Positions 26,013-35,351 are shown, counted from the stretch's first letter. The stretch is 64,000 nucleotides of DNA from an uncultured Gammaproteobacteria bacterium (GCA_964482085.1 CAYZVS010000004.1:11878-75877); one strand, 5' to 3'. Made by a program: numbers and translations. Notes: a model not told the origin generated them from the letters alone.

Positions 26013-27182
26013 TTACGGTGGACTTGTCGTGCTTGTTGCGGTGGATGATGCTTCGGGAGCTGTCGCCGGAGTCGAGCTTGTTATGACGGGAAATGGAATA
26101 GGAATATTTGATTGCGTACTGGAGGCAACTAAAAGATCCGCAGCCGTTTCCGCCTGCGCTGCGGCCTTGGAAGCTTCCAAAAGCTTACCTGAAACCTCAC
26201 TTAATTTATTAGCATTCAAAAGAGTACGAGCTTCCTGCAACGTCGTGCTCGCGGCATTGAATTGTCCAACAGTTGTGCTTGTCATTCCTTGCAATAGGTT
26301 AGACCCCGTACCAGTTGCTTGTAATTGATTGGAGATATTACTGGAATCGCTTATCGAGCGCAACTTATCCTCCGAGTCCGTAAGACTCGCCGTAATACGA
26401 TCAACTTTATTTGTAATCGATTGACGTACGTCTGCCTCACTCACAATCCACTCGGTATCCGGATTCGTGCTCGCCTCAAGCAAAGCCTCGACTGCCGTAA
26501 CACCTGTATGAACAGCCGCGACCTCTGCCTCGGCGATACTCGACTTCACTTCCGGTGAAGCTTCATTCTTCACCAACTGTAAATTCTGAATAATTTGCGC
26601 GCTAGCCTTGTCGACAATTTTAACCGCTTCTGCGCCACCTTTTGTTTGCTCGGCACGAACTTCCGTAACCTGCAATTTCACGGTGTTCAAATCACGCTTC
26701 AGATCTTCTGCAGCCTGCTTCAAACGCACCTGCTGCTCCGGAGCAGGCGTTGCAGCGATCTTTTGGATTTCTTCAACGCGTCGATCCACGAACGAAGACT
26801 TGAGCACCAAACGCTCAGCCTTACCGGATGTAAAAGCTAAACGCGTCTGCTCGGTTGCAATTTTAATCGGATAAAGAAAATCTCCCGGAAGCGATCGGTC
26901 GGAAGCGGAAACGCTTGCAATTGATCCGCCAAGCACCGTGATCATCACGGACAAAATCGCAAGAGCCGGCGCACGCATCAAATTTGTCAAACGCGGCGGA
27001 ACCAAAAGTCGCATTGCAGAACGCGCACGCACAGGCATGGCTGCCGGTTGCGTTGGAAGCGTATTACGGACCTGAAGTAAAAGGTGCTCACGCGTACGAG
27101 CAACAAACGCCTGATCAGGTACGATAACACGCTCCGTCGTTCTGACGGATTGCAGCTTTCGCATCAAATCACGTTTGGTCAT
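26013..27182 (-). CDS. DUF5667-like single-pass membrane protein, candidate anti-sigma factor
   Basis: 389 aa. One TM helix (ALAILSVMITVLGGSIASV) followed by LPGDFLYPIKIATEQTRLAF, a DUF5667-like signature. Coiled-coil-rich, with an S/T/P-rich tail. Lies 4 nt downstream of the ECF sigma gene. Confidence 0.6.
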   Translation of the reverse strand: MTKRDLMRKLQSVRTTERVIVPDQAFVARTREHLLLQVRNTLPTQPAAMPVRARSAMRLLVPPRLTNLMRAPALAILSVMITVLGGSIASVSASDRSLPGDFLYPIKIATEQTRLAFTSGKAERLVLKSSFVDRRVEEIQKIAATPAPEQQVRLKQAAEDLKRDLNTVKLQVTEVRAEQTKGGAEAVKIVDKASAQIIQNLQLVKNEASPEVKSSIAEAEVAAVHTGVTAVEALLEASTNPDTEWIVSEADVRQSITNKVDRITASLTDSEDKLRSISDSSNISNQLQATGTGSNLLQGMTSTTVGQFNAASTTLQEARTLLNANKLSEVSGKLLEASKAAAQAETAADLLVASSTQSNIPIPFPVITSSTPATAPEASSTATSTTSPP

Positions 27183-27186
27183 GGGT

Positions 27187-27747
27187 TTAAGTCGCGAGTT
27201 TGTCGAGTGCTTTGAGTGCCCGATGATAGATCACGCGTACATGCCCGGGGGTCTTGTCGAGAACAAGGGCGATATCCGTAAAGCCAAGTCCGTCGATGAG
27301 CCTCAATGTCAGCACATCACGATAATCTTCTTTCAGACGTTCAATACGTTCGAGAACAATGCGTAGATCAGTGCGAGCCTCGACCACGCGTTGTTCGCGG
27401 CCTCGATCCGAGAACTGTCCTTCAAGATAAGAAGACGTTGCAGGATCATCATTTGTTACAACTTGCTTCTGAGCCTCTGCTTTACGGTAATAATCTACAA
27501 CCGAGTTTCTGGCGATTTGATACAAAAAAGCGCGAACATTACGAATTTCCGTATTTTGTAAAATAGCGTTCCAAAAACGCAAAAACGTCTCTGACGTCAC
27601 ATCTTCAGCCACTTCACGCGAGGGAAGCTTTAGGTAAACGAACCGGTATATCGCAGAGATATACCGGTCGTAAAGGCTGCTAAATGCATCCGCGTCCCGC
27701 TTGGTACGAACGCGATACAGTTGGTATTGGTCGATGAGCTGGCTCAT
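27187..27747 (-). CDS. ECF-type sigma-70 family RNA polymerase sigma factor
   Basis: I trimmed the start to MSQLIDQYQL, which has a GGAGGG Shine-Dalgarno 6 nt upstream. Region 2 is FSSLYDRYISAIYRFVYLKL...DVTSETFLRFW. Region 4 is DVLTLRLIDGLGFTDIALVLDKTPGHVRVIYHRALKAL. Confidence 0.85.
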   Translation of the reverse strand: MSQLIDQYQLYRVRTKRDADAFSSLYDRYISAIYRFVYLKLPSREVAEDVTSETFLRFWNAILQNTEIRNVRAFLYQIARNSVVDYYRKAEAQKQVVTNDDPATSSYLEGQFSDRGREQRVVEARTDLRIVLERIERLKEDYRDVLTLRLIDGLGFTDIALVLDKTPGHVRVIYHRALKALDKLAT

Positions 27748-27785
27748 GCGTTTCCCTCCAAAAACCACTGCTAGGAAGTTTATGA

Positions 27786-27814
27786 ATATTAGCCATAAAA
27801 TAGCATTTTTGCAA
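27786..27814 (-). promoter_or_regulatory. candidate sigma-70-type promoter of the sigma operon (TTGCAA-17 nt-TAATAT)
   Basis: On the reverse strand: -35 TTGCAA (27814-27809), a 17-nt spacer, and -10 TAATAT (27791-27786). This lies about 38 nt upstream of ATG 27747. Confidence 0.35.
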
Positions 27815-27865
27815 CCCTGTGGGCTATTTTTCATCCACAAAAGCCGATACAAATACTGTTTTTAA

Positions 27866-27899
27866 CTTAATTTGTCCACACTATTGTGGACAAATTAAG
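27866..27899. promoter_or_regulatory. perfect 15-bp inverted repeat (candidate operator) in a divergent intergenic region
   Basis: cttaatttgtccaca-ctat-tgtggacaaattaag. The right arm contains TGGACA, which fits as the -35 box of the HTH gene promoter. Confidence 0.5.
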
Positions 27900-27915
27900 A
27901 AAAGACTGCTAATTT
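27887..27915 (+). promoter_or_regulatory. candidate promoter of the HTH gene (TGGACA-17 nt-TAATTT), possibly giving a leaderless mRNA
   Basis: -35 at 27887-27892 and -10 at 27910-27915. The ATG at 27922 is 7 nt after the -10 box, and no Shine-Dalgarno is visible. Confidence 0.35.
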
Positions 27916-27921
27916 CTTCTT

Positions 27922-28224
27922 ATGTCAGAAAACGTAAATACAAAAGAAGAAGTCGTCCGACTCACGATCAGTGAGGCGGCCAAGCTTTTTGGTGTAAATC
28001 CCCGCACCGTCCGCCGAGCGATATCGGCCCAACAACTCCGATACATCGTTGTAAGAAATCGCTATAAGATTTCTTTTCCCTCGCTCGTGTCATGGTCACA
28101 AAATCAAGCAACCGTCCGCCGCAAACGTGACACGCAAGGCATCGGCCAATGGGTAGACCAATGGCGTATCCGTAATCTCAAATATTCTCCCCGAACTCCA
28201 GAAAAAACAAATCCCTCGCACTAG
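27922..28224 (+). CDS. excisionase/MerR-type helix-turn-helix DNA-binding protein
   Basis: 100 aa. LTISEAAKLFGVNPRTVRRAISAQQLRY is an HTH_17-like motif. Confidence 0.75.
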   Translation: MSENVNTKEEVVRLTISEAAKLFGVNPRTVRRAISAQQLRYIVVRNRYKISFPSLVSWSQNQATVRRKRDTQGIGQWVDQWRIRNLKYSPRTPEKTNPSH

Positions 28225-28241
28225 GCGAGGGATTTGTTTTT
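28208..28241. terminator. bidirectional rho-independent terminator overlapping the HTH gene stop codon
   Basis: 12-bp stem caaatccctcgc / gcgagggatttg with loop actag (which contains the TAG stop), followed by ttttt. The convergent GT4 gene ends at 28240. Confidence 0.7.
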
Positions 28242-29415
28242 AAATCGTGGCTGCAAGAACGGGACGACTCACAAGTTCCGTATGTCCATTCAATGTCATT
28301 TGATACACACGAATCATGTCATCAAGACGATCATCCACATGGTGAATGCGTGCCACATACGCATGAGCACGCGAACCCATTTCAAGGCGTTGCGTCTTGG
28401 ATTGACTAGCAAGTTCAATCAATGCATCTGCGAGCGCGTTCACATCACGCGATGGAACGGCTTTCATATGGCCGCCAGTCGCTTCACAATTGCCTGGAAT
28501 ATCGGTCGCGATAATCGCACGACGATACTGACAAGCCTCTACCACAGCAAGAGAAAGCCCTTCACTCGCCGTTGGAAATACATGTGCCAAAGCCTGTGCC
28601 TGCAAAGCAGCTAATTCTCGACCGGTTTTTTCACCGAGCATCAAAACACCCTTTGTGCGTGCGGCGAGTCCACAAAGCCAAGTCGCATAACGATCTGTCC
28701 AAGAAGCTCCACCCACAAGTACAAGCGGACGATCGGTAAAGAGATCCGGACGTGCTTTTCTTGCAAGTCCATAAGCATCAATCAATACATGTGCCTGTTT
28801 ATCCGGAATCAAACGACCAACAAACAAGAAATATCTGTCAGACTGTAATCCATTCGCCTCTAAAGCACCCGTGTCACAAATAGGCTCTGGCTCCGGGATT
28901 GGATGTGAAACGTACACGGTTTGCGTACCATACGTTTCCAAACAATAACGCGCCAAAGTTTCAGACACGGCAATCGTACGATGACTCGCCTGGCAAGCAA
29001 GCCATTCACCAACACGAAAAGCAAATTTAGCAAAACCACCCCATTTAGCCAGGACGCGATCAATACAGTGAAAGGTAACAATAACCTTAGCCTTAGGCAT
29101 GATCATGCGCGCAAACGGCGTAAGCAAAGCAATACCCGTTCCATGCAAATGCACAATTTCAGGCTTGAGCGAGCGGGCCTTCCAAAGCGCGGTAACACCA
29201 TGCGTAATCGCATCCAAATGCTTGGTGCGAATACCCGTGGTAATCACCTGCTCAATGTTATGCGGTGCACGGCTTCCACCCACATACCAAGCACGTCCAA
29301 AAACGACCACGCGATGTCCGCGCGATACAAGTCCTTGCGCCAATGTTTCCACATGGCGCTCGATACCGCCGGAGCGAGCCGGCAAGCCTTTTTGGCCGAT
29401 CATGACAATGGTCAT
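28240..29415 (-). CDS. GT4 glycosyltransferase
   Basis: I trimmed the start to MTIVMIGQKGLPARSGGIERHVE. C-terminal block is FPTASEGLSLAVVEACQYRRAIIATDIPGN. Confidence 0.8.
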   Translation of the reverse strand: MTIVMIGQKGLPARSGGIERHVETLAQGLVSRGHRVVVFGRAWYVGGSRAPHNIEQVITTGIRTKHLDAITHGVTALWKARSLKPEIVHLHGTGIALLTPFARMIMPKAKVIVTFHCIDRVLAKWGGFAKFAFRVGEWLACQASHRTIAVSETLARYCLETYGTQTVYVSHPIPEPEPICDTGALEANGLQSDRYFLFVGRLIPDKQAHVLIDAYGLARKARPDLFTDRPLVLVGGASWTDRYATWLCGLAARTKGVLMLGEKTGRELAALQAQALAHVFPTASEGLSLAVVEACQYRRAIIATDIPGNCEATGGHMKAVPSRDVNALADALIELASQSKTQRLEMGSRAHAYVARIHHVDDRLDDMIRVYQMTLNGHTELVSRPVLAATI

Positions 29416-29514
29416 ACGTGTATTGATAATATAGGTAAGGGAACCGTCATTTATAACAAAAAAATCACATTTTGTCAATGCTTCGATAATACTATTTAGC
29501 CAACATTAGCCAAA

Positions 29515-29871
29515 TTATAAAATACGCTCTATCCATACAATGCTCGGCTCGGCCTCATACGGCGCTAAAATAGCGATAGCATCTGCCTGATAGCATTCTG
29601 GAGGCTGTTTTTGGCTCTTAATCCAGCATTCAATAGCTCGAGAAAGGTGCTTCAATTTTGTCCAAGTGATCGAGGCTTCCGGATACCCATAATCCAAAGA
29701 TCGACGAAGTTTCACCTCAATAAAACGAATTTCCCCATCGCGCGAGACAATCAAGTCAATCTCACCTAATCGGCAATTCCAATTCCTTTCGATAACACAA
29801 AATCCACGCTCCTCAAGAAACTTGGCGGCCATCGCCTCCCCTCTTTGCCCATGTATTTTTCTAGAATCCAC
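29515..29871 (-). CDS. yraN: YraN-family (UPF0102) PD-(D/E)XK endonuclease-like protein
   Basis: 118 aa with a GTG start. GQRGEAMAAKFLEERGFCVIERNWNCRLGEIDLIVSRDGEIRFIEVKLRR is the classical YraN signature. Confidence 0.8.
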   Translation of the reverse strand: MDSRKIHGQRGEAMAAKFLEERGFCVIERNWNCRLGEIDLIVSRDGEIRFIEVKLRRSLDYGYPEASITWTKLKHLSRAIECWIKSQKQPPECYQADAIAILAPYEAEPSIVWIERIL

Positions 29872-29908
29872 TCCCTACTCCGTTCCAAATTTTAAGTGAA
29901 CTGTCAAT
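29872..29908 (-). promoter_or_regulatory. second copy of the conserved 37-nt leader ATTGACAG-N13-TGGAACGGAGTAG-GGA
   Basis: See 21683-21719. It has the same length and the same distance to the start codon. Confidence 0.4.
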
Positions 29909-29912
29909 ACGT

Positions 29913-29938
29913 AAAAGCCCTCCGATCGGAGGGCTTTT
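29913..29938 (-). terminator. rho-independent terminator (perfect 26-nt palindrome)
   Basis: aaaagccctccgatcggagggctttt, 3 nt after the stop of the 29941-30357 gene. Confidence 0.7.
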
Positions 29939-29940
29939 GC

Positions 29941-30357
29941 CTAGTGCTTTGGCTTAGGTAGCCACTTCTCAAAATTGTGCTTTTCCGCCGCTGACATTTC
30001 TCCTTTTCTCGCCTTCTTGTAATCGCGATAAATCTCAAACTTCCACCATCCAAAAATAGCAAGCCAGATCACATACAAGAATCGCATTGAGAGCACAGGG
30101 ATACTCTCATAGTAAAACCAGTACAAAAGCAATCCAGAGAGTCCTGCCGTTAAAAGCCAAGTAGAAACGCTCTTAAGCATGCGACGAACAATCTTATCCA
30201 TCCCTTTTTGTAACTTGAGATAGACCATCGTTGCGATACCAGCAACAACCAACGCTGACATGAAAATCACCAACACACGTTCCACCCAGGGAAAAAACGG
30301 CACGAGTCCGTAGCCAAACCAATAATCAAATCGTAATAGGGGTTTAAGATAGTCCAT
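29941..30357 (-). CDS. hypothetical membrane protein (3-4 TM helices)
   Basis: 138 aa. Hydrophobic segments VLVIFMSALVVAGIATMVYL, WLLTAGLSGLLLYWFYY and FLYVIWLAIFGWW. I recognised no family motif. Confidence 0.55.
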   Translation of the reverse strand: MDYLKPLLRFDYWFGYGLVPFFPWVERVLVIFMSALVVAGIATMVYLKLQKGMDKIVRRMLKSVSTWLLTAGLSGLLLYWFYYESIPVLSMRFLYVIWLAIFGWWKFEIYRDYKKARKGEMSAAEKHNFEKWLPKPKH

Positions 30358-30368
30358 AATCAGTTGGG

Positions 30369-30977
30369 TTATTCATCAGACATTCCTTCAGGGACATGCG
30401 TGGAAAACACCTCTGTTTCTCGCGATGACGGTTCCTTGGCATACACCAAAGCATAATGGGAGTCACCTGCATCAAACTCGTCCACGAGCTCAAGCGCAGG
30501 ATCCGCAAAATAGCGCTTTGCTTCTTGCGCCGACATTCGGTTCTCGATGGGAGGCCCGATCGTCGTTTTGATCGGCTTCCACTCGACAACAAGGATACGA
30601 CCGCCCGGCTTGGTAAGGCGCATGGCCTCTGCGACCAATCCGGCCCGGTTGACTGATAGATAAAGGTTATTGGAGGCGATAGTCAAGTCAACGCCACCTG
30701 TGGGAATACGCGCCGCATTCAGGACGTCAATATCTGACCATATCGGCAAGACATTCCAATACTGATCATACTTAGCCGCTCGCTCAATGGCCTTAAGCGC
30801 CGCTTTATCGATATCAACCGCATACACACGTCCCTCACCACCCGTCATCTGGGCGGCAGAAAAAACAAAGTGACCAAGCGCGCCACATCCGAGATCGACA
30901 ACATGCAAGCCCTTGCGCAAACCCGCGCGTTCGAGGACTTTGAACGGATTGATCAACTCATTGCCGCTATGACGCAT
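30369..30977 (-). CDS. class I SAM-dependent methyltransferase
   Basis: I trimmed the start to MRHSGNELINPF, 2 nt after the upstream stop. Contains VVDLGCGALGHFVF...RVYAVDIDKAALKAIE...LTKPGGRILVVEW. Confidence 0.8.
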   Translation of the reverse strand: MRHSGNELINPFKVLERAGLRKGLHVVDLGCGALGHFVFSAAQMTGGEGRVYAVDIDKAALKAIERAAKYDQYWNVLPIWSDIDVLNAARIPTGGVDLTIASNNLYLSVNRAGLVAEAMRLTKPGGRILVVEWKPIKTTIGPPIENRMSAQEAKRYFADPALELVDEFDAGDSHYALVYAKEPSSRETEVFSTHVPEGMSDE

Positions 30978-30979
30978 GT

Positions 30980-31240
30980 TTAGGGTGAAGCTGACGGAAA
31001 CAAAGAACCAAGAGTTGCTTGTAAAAAAGCCGTCCAGAGATTCGTAGCGACCAAAAACCCAAGTAAACAAAAGACGATTCCCAATAACTTATAAAACAAA
31101 TTGGTCCCACCGCCTCCCAGGTACTTCTCAGCAAAAGCGACACCACCAAAAAAATCAACAATCGTTCGTGTACGAATCACAAAGAATGCGCCGACAGCGA
31201 CGATAACTGAGCCCAAAAGCACACGTAGAAAGAATCCCAT
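30980..31240 (-). CDS. small hypothetical membrane protein (2 TM helices)
   Basis: 86 aa. Contains GSVIVAVGAFFVI and LLGIVFCLLGFLVA. Confidence 0.5.
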   Translation of the reverse strand: MGFFLRVLLGSVIVAVGAFFVIRTRTIVDFFGGVAFAEKYLGGGGTNLFYKLLGIVFCLLGFLVATNLWTAFLQATLGSLFPSASP

Positions 31241-31280
31241 ATTGTATGAATACGTTTAAAGTGTAGCATAATTGAAATCT

Positions 31281-32087
31281 ATGAAGAAACACCGTCCAAT
31301 ACCCAGAAAAGCCACGCATCACGATCGCGGACCCAAAACCTCATGGGAGAATGTTTCTGGTTGGTATTCAGGCTATATGGGCAAAGAAGGCGGTGATTTT
31401 CAAAAAGATCTCATCTTTCCTGGCGCCTTACACCTTCTTGCACCAAAGAAGGACGGCCACTATCTGGATCTCGCATGTGGACAAGGAGCCTTCACAAGGC
31501 TCTTAGCGACCAAAGTCTCTAAAGTCGATGGATTAGATGCCGCAAAAAGCCTCATCGATCTCGCTAAAAAGAACGCACCCAAAAACGCACGCTTTGTCGT
31601 CGATGACGCAACCAACTTTGCGCATCTCTATCAACCATCGTCCCTTGATGGAATCGTTTGTAATTTAGCGATTCAAAATATCGATGCGCTCGCTCCAGTC
31701 TTTTCCGATGCCGCGCGTACTCTCAAACATGGTGGTGTTTTTGTCATCACGATGAATCATCCAGCGTATCGACAACCAAGACAAAGTGGTTGGGGTTGGG
31801 ATGAAGAACGCAAACTCCAATATCGTCGTATCGATAAATACATGTCGGAATATGAAATGCCGATTATCGCACACCCAGGATCCGCACCGAGCGTTAAAAC
31901 CTATTCCTATCATCGTCCCATTTCCGTTTACATTAACGAACTCGCCAAACACGGTTTTGTCATTGAAGCGCTGGAAGAATGGGTTTCAAACAAAGTGAGC
32001 GATTCCGGACCCCGTGCCAAAGCAGAAAATATCGCCCGCCAAGAAATCCCGATGTTCCTCGGAATACGTGCCGTAAAAATCGACTAA
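31281..32087 (+). CDS. class I SAM-dependent methyltransferase
   Basis: I chose ATG 31281 (the track uses TTG 31272). Contains YLDLACGQGAFTRLLA and LKHGGVFVITMNHPAY. Confidence 0.8.
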   Translation: MKKHRPIPRKATHHDRGPKTSWENVSGWYSGYMGKEGGDFQKDLIFPGALHLLAPKKDGHYLDLACGQGAFTRLLATKVSKVDGLDAAKSLIDLAKKNAPKNARFVVDDATNFAHLYQPSSLDGIVCNLAIQNIDALAPVFSDAARTLKHGGVFVITMNHPAYRQPRQSGWGWDEERKLQYRRIDKYMSEYEMPIIAHPGSAPSVKTYSYHRPISVYINELAKHGFVIEALEEWVSNKVSDSGPRAKAENIARQEIPMFLGIRAVKID

Positions 32088-32554
32088 TCAATCAACTGGT
32101 CAACAATTTCGTAAGAAGTAATTTTGTCGTATCCATCAAACAAGAAACTTCCTCGAAACGTTTTTCCTTCCAAGTAAAACGGAAACCAATATTGATCATC
32201 CGGCCAAGCCTTGTCGAAAGGAAATTCTGAAACATTGTACCACTGAGGCCGAATCTCTTCTGTCTCAATGGGTTCACCTTTAAAAACATGCGATTCGTAT
32301 AAGTGAATCTCGATCACACCCGGTTGTTCCACATTTCGATAATCGCACTCGATGATGCCAAATTTTCGTAGCTCCCCAACCTCAACACCTACTTCTTCTT
32401 TCACCTCGCGACAAGCAGCCATTCCAACGTCTTCACCTTCTTCCACTTTTCCACCAAGCCCATTCCATCGCCCCTCACCAAATCCGCGTTTCTTGTAGCC
32501 CAAAAGAATCTCATCACCACGGCGGAGATATACCAGCGTTAAAATTTTACTCAT
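32084..32554 (-). CDS. NUDIX hydrolase (MutT-like)
   Basis: 156 aa. NUDIX box GGKVEEGEDVGMAACREVKEEVGV. Confidence 0.85.
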   Translation of the reverse strand: MSKILTLVYLRRGDEILLGYKKRGFGEGRWNGLGGKVEEGEDVGMAACREVKEEVGVEVGELRKFGIIECDYRNVEQPGVIEIHLYESHVFKGEPIETEEIRPQWYNVSEFPFDKAWPDDQYWFPFYLEGKTFRGSFLFDGYDKITSYEIVDQLID

Positions 32555-32569
32555 ACGCTTACAGAATAC

Positions 32570-35293
32570 CTAAGATTCCGTTCCGTGACACTTTTTATAC
32601 TTCTTTCCACTTCCGCAAGGACAAGGATCATTGCGTCCAACATCGGCCATAGCTTGTGAAACAGCCTTGGAATCTCCATTCGATGAACCCATTACTTTCT
32701 GTAGCCCAGAAAGCTCAATCGGTTTTGCAAGCGCCTGCATACGACGCATTTCCTCTTCCGCCGTCTCGCGAGAAATACGCACATTAAAAATCGTTTGCGT
32801 TACGCGTTGGTTGAGATTAGCAAGCACTTCATGAAACAAGCGATACGCTTCACGCTTATACTCAACCAAAGGATCACGCTGTCCATAGCCCTGTAAACCA
32901 ACGCCATGCCGCAGATAATCCATGTTCTCCAAATGCGCAATCCACAAATCGTCCAAAGCGCGAAGCGCCACGGCTTTCTCGACTTCCGCCTGCATGAGCG
33001 GATCACGAACTTCATTGCTAAGGGCGTCATATGCTTCTTTAGCAAGACGCAAAAGCGTTTCAACAATACCGGTGCGCAAAACCAACAGGTCATGTTTGTT
33101 TTCTGTGTTGGATTCTGCGGCCTTCAACTGCCCACGAACATCAACGCCTTTGGGCAAAATCATGCTGGCGGCTTTTGCGAGCTCATCCAAATCCCATTGC
33201 AACGCATCTTCCGGCGCTGTGTGAAAAGCCACTATTTGCTCGATCTCACCCTCGATCATTTCCATGATCATTGGCTTAAGTGGACTCTGATTATCCATGG
33301 TCGGCTGTTGTGATGCCGTCAGAAGATCGCGACGCTTTTTATAAATCACCATGCGATGTTTATTCAACACGTCATCGTATTCAAGCAAGTGCTTACGAAT
33401 ATCAAAGTTGTGACCTTCCACTTTACGTTGTGCAGCCGCCAAAGAACGCGTCAAAACCTTGTTCTCAATCGCCTCATCTTCCGGTACGCCCAAACGCTCC
33501 ATCATGCCTTTCATGCGATCAGAACCAAAAATACGCATGAGATCGTCTTCCATCGATACATAGAATTGCGTAGAACCCGGATCACCCTGACGACCGGCAC
33601 GTCCACGTAACTGGTTATCAATACGACGCGATTCATGACGTTCCGTACCGAGCACATGCAAACCTCCAAGCTTACGTACCTCTTCCATTTCTTCCGGAGT
33701 TGTCGGATTTCCACCCAGCAAAATATCGACACCACGACCCGCCATATTCGTTGCAACCGTCACCGCGCCTTTACGTCCTGCTTGCGCGATAATCTCTGCT
33801 TCACGCGCGTGATTTTTGGCATTCAACACTTCATGTGGCACGCCTTCTTGACGAAGCAACTCCGATAAAAGCTCGTTTCTCTCAATAGAAACAGTACCGA
33901 CAAGCACCGGCTGTCCTTTCTCATGACGAGCCTTAATCTCACGAACAGACGCCCTGAATTTACCAATTTCGTTTTTATAAACACGGTCGGTCAAGTCATC
34001 ACGCTGCTGTTCACGATTGGTCGGAACAGAAAGCACCTCAAGCTTATAAATCTTGTGGAATTCCTCTGCTTCCGTGGCGGCTGTACCAGTCATTCCAGCC
34101 AACTTCTTGTACAAACGGAAATAATTCTGAAAAGTAATTGTTGCAAGTGTGATGGACTCACGTTGTACTTTTACGTGCTCCTTGGCCTCAATCGCTTGAT
34201 GCAAACCCTCAGAGTACCGACGCCCAGGCATCAAACGCCCCGTAAACTCGTCCACAATCATAACCTCGCCCTCACGCACGACGTAATCACGGTCAAGCTT
34301 GAACAACGCCTTAGCGCGCAAAGCCTGCTCAATATGATGCACGGTCCGCATGCCTCCATCCGCATATAAATTCTCAATACCAAGAGCTTTTTCAAGCTTA
34401 GCAACACCCGCTTCCGTTAACGTTGATGCTCGCTGTTTTTCATCAAGCTTATAATCCTCAACCTCGATCAACTCCTTTACAACTTCCGCAAAACGGAAAT
34501 ATTGATCCGTCGCCTCTTCAGCAGGAGCACTAATAATAAGCGGCGTACGCGCTTCATCGATCAAAATCGAGTCGACTTCATCGACAACCGCGTAATGTAA
34601 TTCACGTTGCACCATCTCTTCTGCGCGCTGAACCATGTTATCGCGCAAAAAATCAAAACCAAATTCATTATTGGTTCCATACGTAATGTCAGCCGCATAA
34701 CCCTCGCGACGTGAAACCGGTCGCAAATAGTCCATGTCAACACGGAATGAACCTGTCGCATCACGCTCCTCATCATGTTTTTCCTCCGCCTTAAAATCTG
34801 GATCATACACAAAACTTCCGGCATGCTGAATACAAGCAACAGAAAGTCCAAGTGCGTAATACACCTGACCCATCCATACGGCGTCACGTCGCGCAAGATA
34901 ATCGTTAACTGTAATCACGTGGACACCTTTTCCGGTAAGTGCATTCAAATAAACCGGTGCCGTAGCTGTAAGCGTCTTACCTTCACCTGTTCGCATTTCC
35001 GCGATCATACCGCGATGAAGCGCGAGTCCGCCGAGCAACTGAACGTCATACTGTCTTTGTCCAAGAACACGGCGAGAAATTTCACGCACAAGAGCAAATG
35101 CTTCCGGTAAAAAAGCGTCACTCGACTCACCCTTGGCCATACGCTCACGATATTCCGCGGATTTGATTCTAAAATCCCCGTCTCCGAGGGACTTCATCTG
35201 GTCCTCGAGTTTATTTGCCTGCTCCACAACAGCCCGCAAACGCGCGACTTCACGGGCATTTGGATCACCGAGTACCTTGGACAAGAACTTCAT
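32570..35293 (-). CDS. secA: preprotein translocase ATPase SecA
   Basis: 907 aa. Contains MRTGEGKTLTATAPVYLNAL, a DEVDSILIDEARTPLIIS DEAD-like motor, and the C-terminal zinc finger CPCGSGKKYKKCHG. Confidence 0.97.
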   Translation of the reverse strand: MKFLSKVLGDPNAREVARLRAVVEQANKLEDQMKSLGDGDFRIKSAEYRERMAKGESSDAFLPEAFALVREISRRVLGQRQYDVQLLGGLALHRGMIAEMRTGEGKTLTATAPVYLNALTGKGVHVITVNDYLARRDAVWMGQVYYALGLSVACIQHAGSFVYDPDFKAEEKHDEERDATGSFRVDMDYLRPVSRREGYAADITYGTNNEFGFDFLRDNMVQRAEEMVQRELHYAVVDEVDSILIDEARTPLIISAPAEEATDQYFRFAEVVKELIEVEDYKLDEKQRASTLTEAGVAKLEKALGIENLYADGGMRTVHHIEQALRAKALFKLDRDYVVREGEVMIVDEFTGRLMPGRRYSEGLHQAIEAKEHVKVQRESITLATITFQNYFRLYKKLAGMTGTAATEAEEFHKIYKLEVLSVPTNREQQRDDLTDRVYKNEIGKFRASVREIKARHEKGQPVLVGTVSIERNELLSELLRQEGVPHEVLNAKNHAREAEIIAQAGRKGAVTVATNMAGRGVDILLGGNPTTPEEMEEVRKLGGLHVLGTERHESRRIDNQLRGRAGRQGDPGSTQFYVSMEDDLMRIFGSDRMKGMMERLGVPEDEAIENKVLTRSLAAAQRKVEGHNFDIRKHLLEYDDVLNKHRMVIYKKRRDLLTASQQPTMDNQSPLKPMIMEMIEGEIEQIVAFHTAPEDALQWDLDELAKAASMILPKGVDVRGQLKAAESNTENKHDLLVLRTGIVETLLRLAKEAYDALSNEVRDPLMQAEVEKAVALRALDDLWIAHLENMDYLRHGVGLQGYGQRDPLVEYKREAYRLFHEVLANLNQRVTQTIFNVRISRETAEEEMRRMQALAKPIELSGLQKVMGSSNGDSKAVSQAMADVGRNDPCPCGSGKKYKKCHGTES

Positions 35294-35312
35294 AGTCGGC
35301 AGATCTTAGCCT

Positions 35313-35342
35313 AAAAAGACGCCTCGTACAAGGCGTCTTTTT
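35313..35342 (-). terminator. rho-independent terminator after hpf
   Basis: Stem agacgcc / ggcgtct flanked by an A4 run and a T4 run, 10 nt after the hpf stop. Confidence 0.6.
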
Positions 35343-35351
35343 GGCTTTATC

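Noticed and set aside
29885-29908. TTGACA ... TAAAAT read as an ordinary sigma-70 promoter in the shared leader
   Set aside because: The spacing is only 5-7 nt instead of 17 +/- 1, so the two hexamers cannot serve as a -35/-10 pair. The element is kept as a motif of unknown function.
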